NCBI GenBank assembly: GCA_963809485.1
Contig: CAWEJX010000020.1
Coordinates: forward strand, 288,001-352,000
DNA from: an uncultured Acidobacteriota bacterium
GTDB taxonomy: Bacteria; Acidobacteriota; UBA6911
Reading direction: 5' to 3'
Length of the DNA stretch: 64,000 nucleotides
Part shown: one piece after another, positions 61,091 through 64,000 of the stretch
Layout: each line of letters opens with the position of its first letter
Numbering within the stretch: position 1 is the first letter of the stretch
Position numbers and translations under genes: made by a program
The notes under the pieces: generated by a model
What the model was told of the DNA's origin: nothing
Database searches by the model: none
What the model saw: the letters and a program-made list of their open reading frames with translations, nothing else

Positions 61091-62158
61091 ATGGGAATCA
61101 TGGATTTTATCAAAGGCGAACTCATCGACCTTATCGAGTGGACCGACGACTCGCGCGACACCCTTTCCTACCGCTACCCGGACGAGGACAAGGCGATCAA
61201 AAACGGCGCACAGCTGATTGTTCGCGAATCGCAGGTGGTGCAGTTCCTGTACCTGGGCCAGTTCGGCGACACCTTCGGGCCGGGCAAGCACACGCTCGTA
61301 ACCGACAACATCCCGGTGCTGACCAAGCTGAAATCCTGGAAATACGGCTTCAACTCGCCCTTCAAAGCCGATGTCTACTACATCAACACCCGGCTCTTCA
61401 CGGGGAACAAGTGGGGGACGGCGAATCCCATCATGGCCCGCGACGAGGACCTGGGCATCGTCCGCCTGCGCGCCTACGGCACCTTTGATTTCAAAATCAT
61501 CGATCCGAAGCTTTTCCTCAAGGAGGTCGCCGGCTCGGACCAGAACTTCCGCATCGACGAGTTTGCCGACACCATGCGCTCGCGCATGGTGAGCTTGTTC
61601 AGCGAGGCGCTGGCCGAATCGCACGTGCCCGTGTTCGATGTGGCCACGCGATATTCCGAGCTCGGCGAGGCGCTACTGCCCGTGATCAATCCCGTTGTGG
61701 GCACGAAGTACGGCCTCGAGATCACGAGTTTCATCGTCGAGAACGTATCGGTACCGCAGGAGGTCGAGGAATCCATCGACAAGCGCTCCGGCATGGCTGC
61801 CGTAGGGAACCTGAACGACTTCGTGAAATATCAGATGGCCCGGGGAATGGAGAGCGGCGGCGCCGGCGCCGGCGGCACAGCCGCCGAGCTGGCCGTTGGC
61901 TTCGGCATGGCGCAGCAGATGATGCAGCAGGGTCTGATGAAGCCTCAGGCGGATGCCGCCATGAAAACCGGACCGGCTCCTGCGGCTGCCGCAGCTCCAA
62001 CGGTGGACCTGCTTGCGCCCGCCGACGTGGCGAAGGTGCTCGGCGTCCCGGAATCGGATGTGATGGCAGTCATAACGTCCGGCGAACTGAAGGCAAAAAA
62101 GATCGGCGCCAGCTATCGTGTCACCCGGGCAGCGCTCGACGCGTACCTGGCGCAGTAA
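61091..62158 (+). CDS. SPFH-domain protein (YdjI-like) with a C-terminal excisionase-type HTH
   Basis: I.W...[35 protein letters not shown]; C-terminus [13 protein letters not shown]...I.SGELKA.KIG.SYRV. Confidence 0.85.
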   Translation: MGIMDFIKGELIDLIEWTDDSRDTLSYRYPDEDKAIKNGAQLIVRESQVVQFLYLGQFGDTFGPGKHTLVTDNIPVLTKLKSWKYGFNSPFKADVYYINTRLFTGNKWGTANPIMARDEDLGIVRLRAYGTFDFKIIDPKLFLKEVAGSDQNFRIDEFADTMRSRMVSLFSEALAESHVPVFDVATRYSELGEALLPVINPVVGTKYGLEITSFIVENVSVPQEVEESIDKRSGMAAVGNLNDFVKYQMARGMESGGAGAGGTAAELAVGFGMAQQMMQQGLMKPQADAAMKTGPAPAAAAAPTVDLLAPADVAKVLGVPESDVMAVITSGELKAKKIGASYRVTRAALDAYLAQ

Positions 62159-62224
62159 TGATTCCCTACTCCCCGGAGCCCGGGCGTCCTTGACGCTCCC
62201 GGCTCAGCGTTTGCGGAGGCGTTG

Positions 62225-63319
62225 GTGGCCGAAATTTCCGCCATTGAAAAGCATGCCTGCCCGGCTTGCGGCGCACAGGCCGAATGGAACCCGGCCAGGC
62301 AAATGCTGGTGTGCCCCTTTTGCGGCACCCAGTCGCCCTACAAGCTCGAGGCAGACAAGGGAAAAGTGAGGGAGCTGGATCTGGAAGAGGCGCTCCGGCA
62401 GCTCCCCAAGGAAGAAGGCGGCTGGAAGGCCGAGGGCCGGAGTGTTCAGTGCCAGAGCTGCAAGGCGGTGATGGTCTACGATGCGGCGCGCGTCGGGCAG
62501 AATTGCGAGTTTTGCGGTTCGCCGGCGCTGGTCGACTACCGGGAAATCAAGTCGCCTATCCAGCCGCAAAGCCTGCTGCCCTTCAAAATCTCCCAAAGCC
62601 AGGTGCGCGACAGCATCCATCGATGGTACGGCAGCAAGTGGTTCGCCCCGGGCGCACTGAAGTCCAAGGCGCTCGTGGACCAGCTGAAAGGCATTTATGT
62701 GCCGTACTGGACCTTCGACGCGCAGGTCCACTGCCGTTGGACCGCCGAAGCCGGCCACTACTACTATGTCAAGGAGGAATATCGCGACAACCAGGGACGG
62801 GCTCAGGTGCGCCAGGTCAGGAAGGTCCGGTGGGAGCCCGCCGCCGGCGAAATCGATCATTTCTTCGACGATGAGCCCGTGCCCGGAACCAAGGGCGTGA
62901 ATATGGACCTGCTGCGCCGGGTCGAGCCGTTTCCGACCTCGGAACTGGTACCGTACGATACCGCCTACCTCTCGGGACACGTTGTCGAACATTACCAGGT
63001 CGCCCTGGCGGAAGCTGCCCGGAGAGCCCGTGAGGCTATGGATCAGAAGCTGACGGAGCTTTGCGGCCGCCAGGTGCCGGGCGACACTTATCGCAACCTC
63101 AACATAGGCCCGAACTACTCGGACCGGACCTTTAAGCACATCCTCACACCCATCTGGCTGCTCTCGTATACTTACGGGCGGCGCACCTTCCAGGTCATCG
63201 CCAACGGTTACACCGGGGCTATTGCCGGGCAGTATCCCAAGAGCCCGTGGAAGATCGCCCTGGCGGTGCTGGCCGCGATAGCCCTTATCCTGCTGCTGGC
63301 TCTTTTGCAGAAACAGTAG
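62225..63319 (+). CDS. Multi-zinc-ribbon, C-terminally membrane-anchored protein (YdjG-like)
   Basis: CPACG, CPFCG, CQSC, CEFCG; G.YVPYWTFD, LEPF-like VEPF, F.HILTP.W, NG.TG.I.G.YP, terminal TM helix. Confidence 0.8.
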   Translation: MAEISAIEKHACPACGAQAEWNPARQMLVCPFCGTQSPYKLEADKGKVRELDLEEALRQLPKEEGGWKAEGRSVQCQSCKAVMVYDAARVGQNCEFCGSPALVDYREIKSPIQPQSLLPFKISQSQVRDSIHRWYGSKWFAPGALKSKALVDQLKGIYVPYWTFDAQVHCRWTAEAGHYYYVKEEYRDNQGRAQVRQVRKVRWEPAAGEIDHFFDDEPVPGTKGVNMDLLRRVEPFPTSELVPYDTAYLSGHVVEHYQVALAEAARRAREAMDQKLTELCGRQVPGDTYRNLNIGPNYSDRTFKHILTPIWLLSYTYGRRTFQVIANGYTGAIAGQYPKSPWKIALAVLAAIALILLLALLQKQ

Positions 63320-63455
63320 ACTGCCGAAAGTCGGCGGGCCTGTCCAGGGCCCAATGGGCACCCCAGGCCCGCTGTCTTCCGAAAATATCCTCCGGCAGCG
63401 CCGAAGGCCTTGCGGTGGCTGGCCCCTCAAAAGGGCCTGATTGCATCCGATAAAA

Positions 63456-63678
63456 GATGAAAGAGGTTCCACTCGCTATAGATGTTTTGGAACCGCAGAA
63501 TGTCGAATAACGGATGGTGAATCCCGAAGCGTGGCGCTGACTTCTGCGGCTCGATATTCGAAATTCGACATTCGATATTCCAGTGTTTGTCCTCCTGGTT
63601 ATTGTCCGGACCTGGGAACAAAAAAATCCAGGAATTGTCAAACTCGTACTGCCTCCCCGGCAGAGCCGGGGATCTCCC
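63456..63678 (-). repeat. Dispersed repeat, copy 2 (more intact IS200/IS605 left-end-like hairpin)
   Basis: Minus strand reads gggagatccccggctctgccggggaggcagtacgagtttgac...ccaggaggacaaac; homologous to 48552-48756. Confidence 0.85.
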
Positions 63679-63778
63679 AACGTATTCGATCGACAAAGGG
63701 TGTCATCGTCGCAGCCCGGGCGGCAGGATCCCGGCTCCGCCCTTTGCGCTGTCCTTCATTTACTGGAACAGGGTTCTT

Positions 63779-64000
63779 CTATCCCTCCTTCATGGGAGCG
63801 TCGCCGGTTCCATACGGGCGAATGTCGGTAAATATGAAAGGCCGGTCAATCTTTGTGACGACCAGCGGGCAATGCGGGAGTGCCGCAGGAACGATCCAGA
63901 CCACGGGGACCGTGACAAGGTATCTTTCTACTTCCCCTTTTTTACCCAAATACAGCTCCACCTCTCCGCCCAGTTTGGTGGGATCGCCGGTATCGCCTCC
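63779..64000 (-). CDS. Cupin-like hypothetical protein, third paralog (partial, N-terminus outside the window)
   Basis: GDPTKLGGEVELYLG...IVPAALPHCPL matches DLGGEVELWIG...IPAGVKHAP of 48909-49370. Confidence 0.72.
   Translation of the reverse strand, partial: GGDTGDPTKLGGEVELYLGKKGEVERYLVTVPVVWIVPAALPHCPLVVTKIDRPFIFTDIRPYGTGDAPMKEG

Overview
A 64-kb chromosomal segment of about 55-60% GC (estimated by eye) from a bacterium, most likely an Acidobacteriota member capable of anaerobic metabolism (inferred from tandem acidobacterial-type VWA proteins and a hopanoid cluster with paired Zn-dehydrogenases). The left 20 kb is mostly core metabolism: hopanoid genes (hpnA, two MDR dehydrogenases, hpnD, shc), asd-lysC-dapB-dapA, DUF1015, pruA, gcvT/gcvH, a divergent glyA and a CHAD fusion. 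The rest is a patchwork of accessory redox and envelope genes. It includes two divergent AOR/YdhV-family oxidoreductases with a twin-arginine Fe-S partner, a stand-alone C-GCAxxG-C-C/DsrM/DsrK/DsrC module without dsrAB or dsrJOP, three paralogous uncharacterised cupin-like proteins, a qNor with an upstream FNR/DNR box plus multiheme cytochromes, and two SPFH systems (one fused to an HTH domain). Four genes are decayed: a truncated SnoaL-like gene, a frameshifted GH106, an internally deleted Mo-hydroxylase and a broken multiheme cytochrome. Several non-autonomous mobile remnants are visible: an IS200/IS605-type element with nested hairpins, a two-copy IS200-like repeat and a small MITE with a target-site duplication. 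No rRNA, tRNA or CRISPR array was seen. All calls come from reading motifs by eye; no database search was run.
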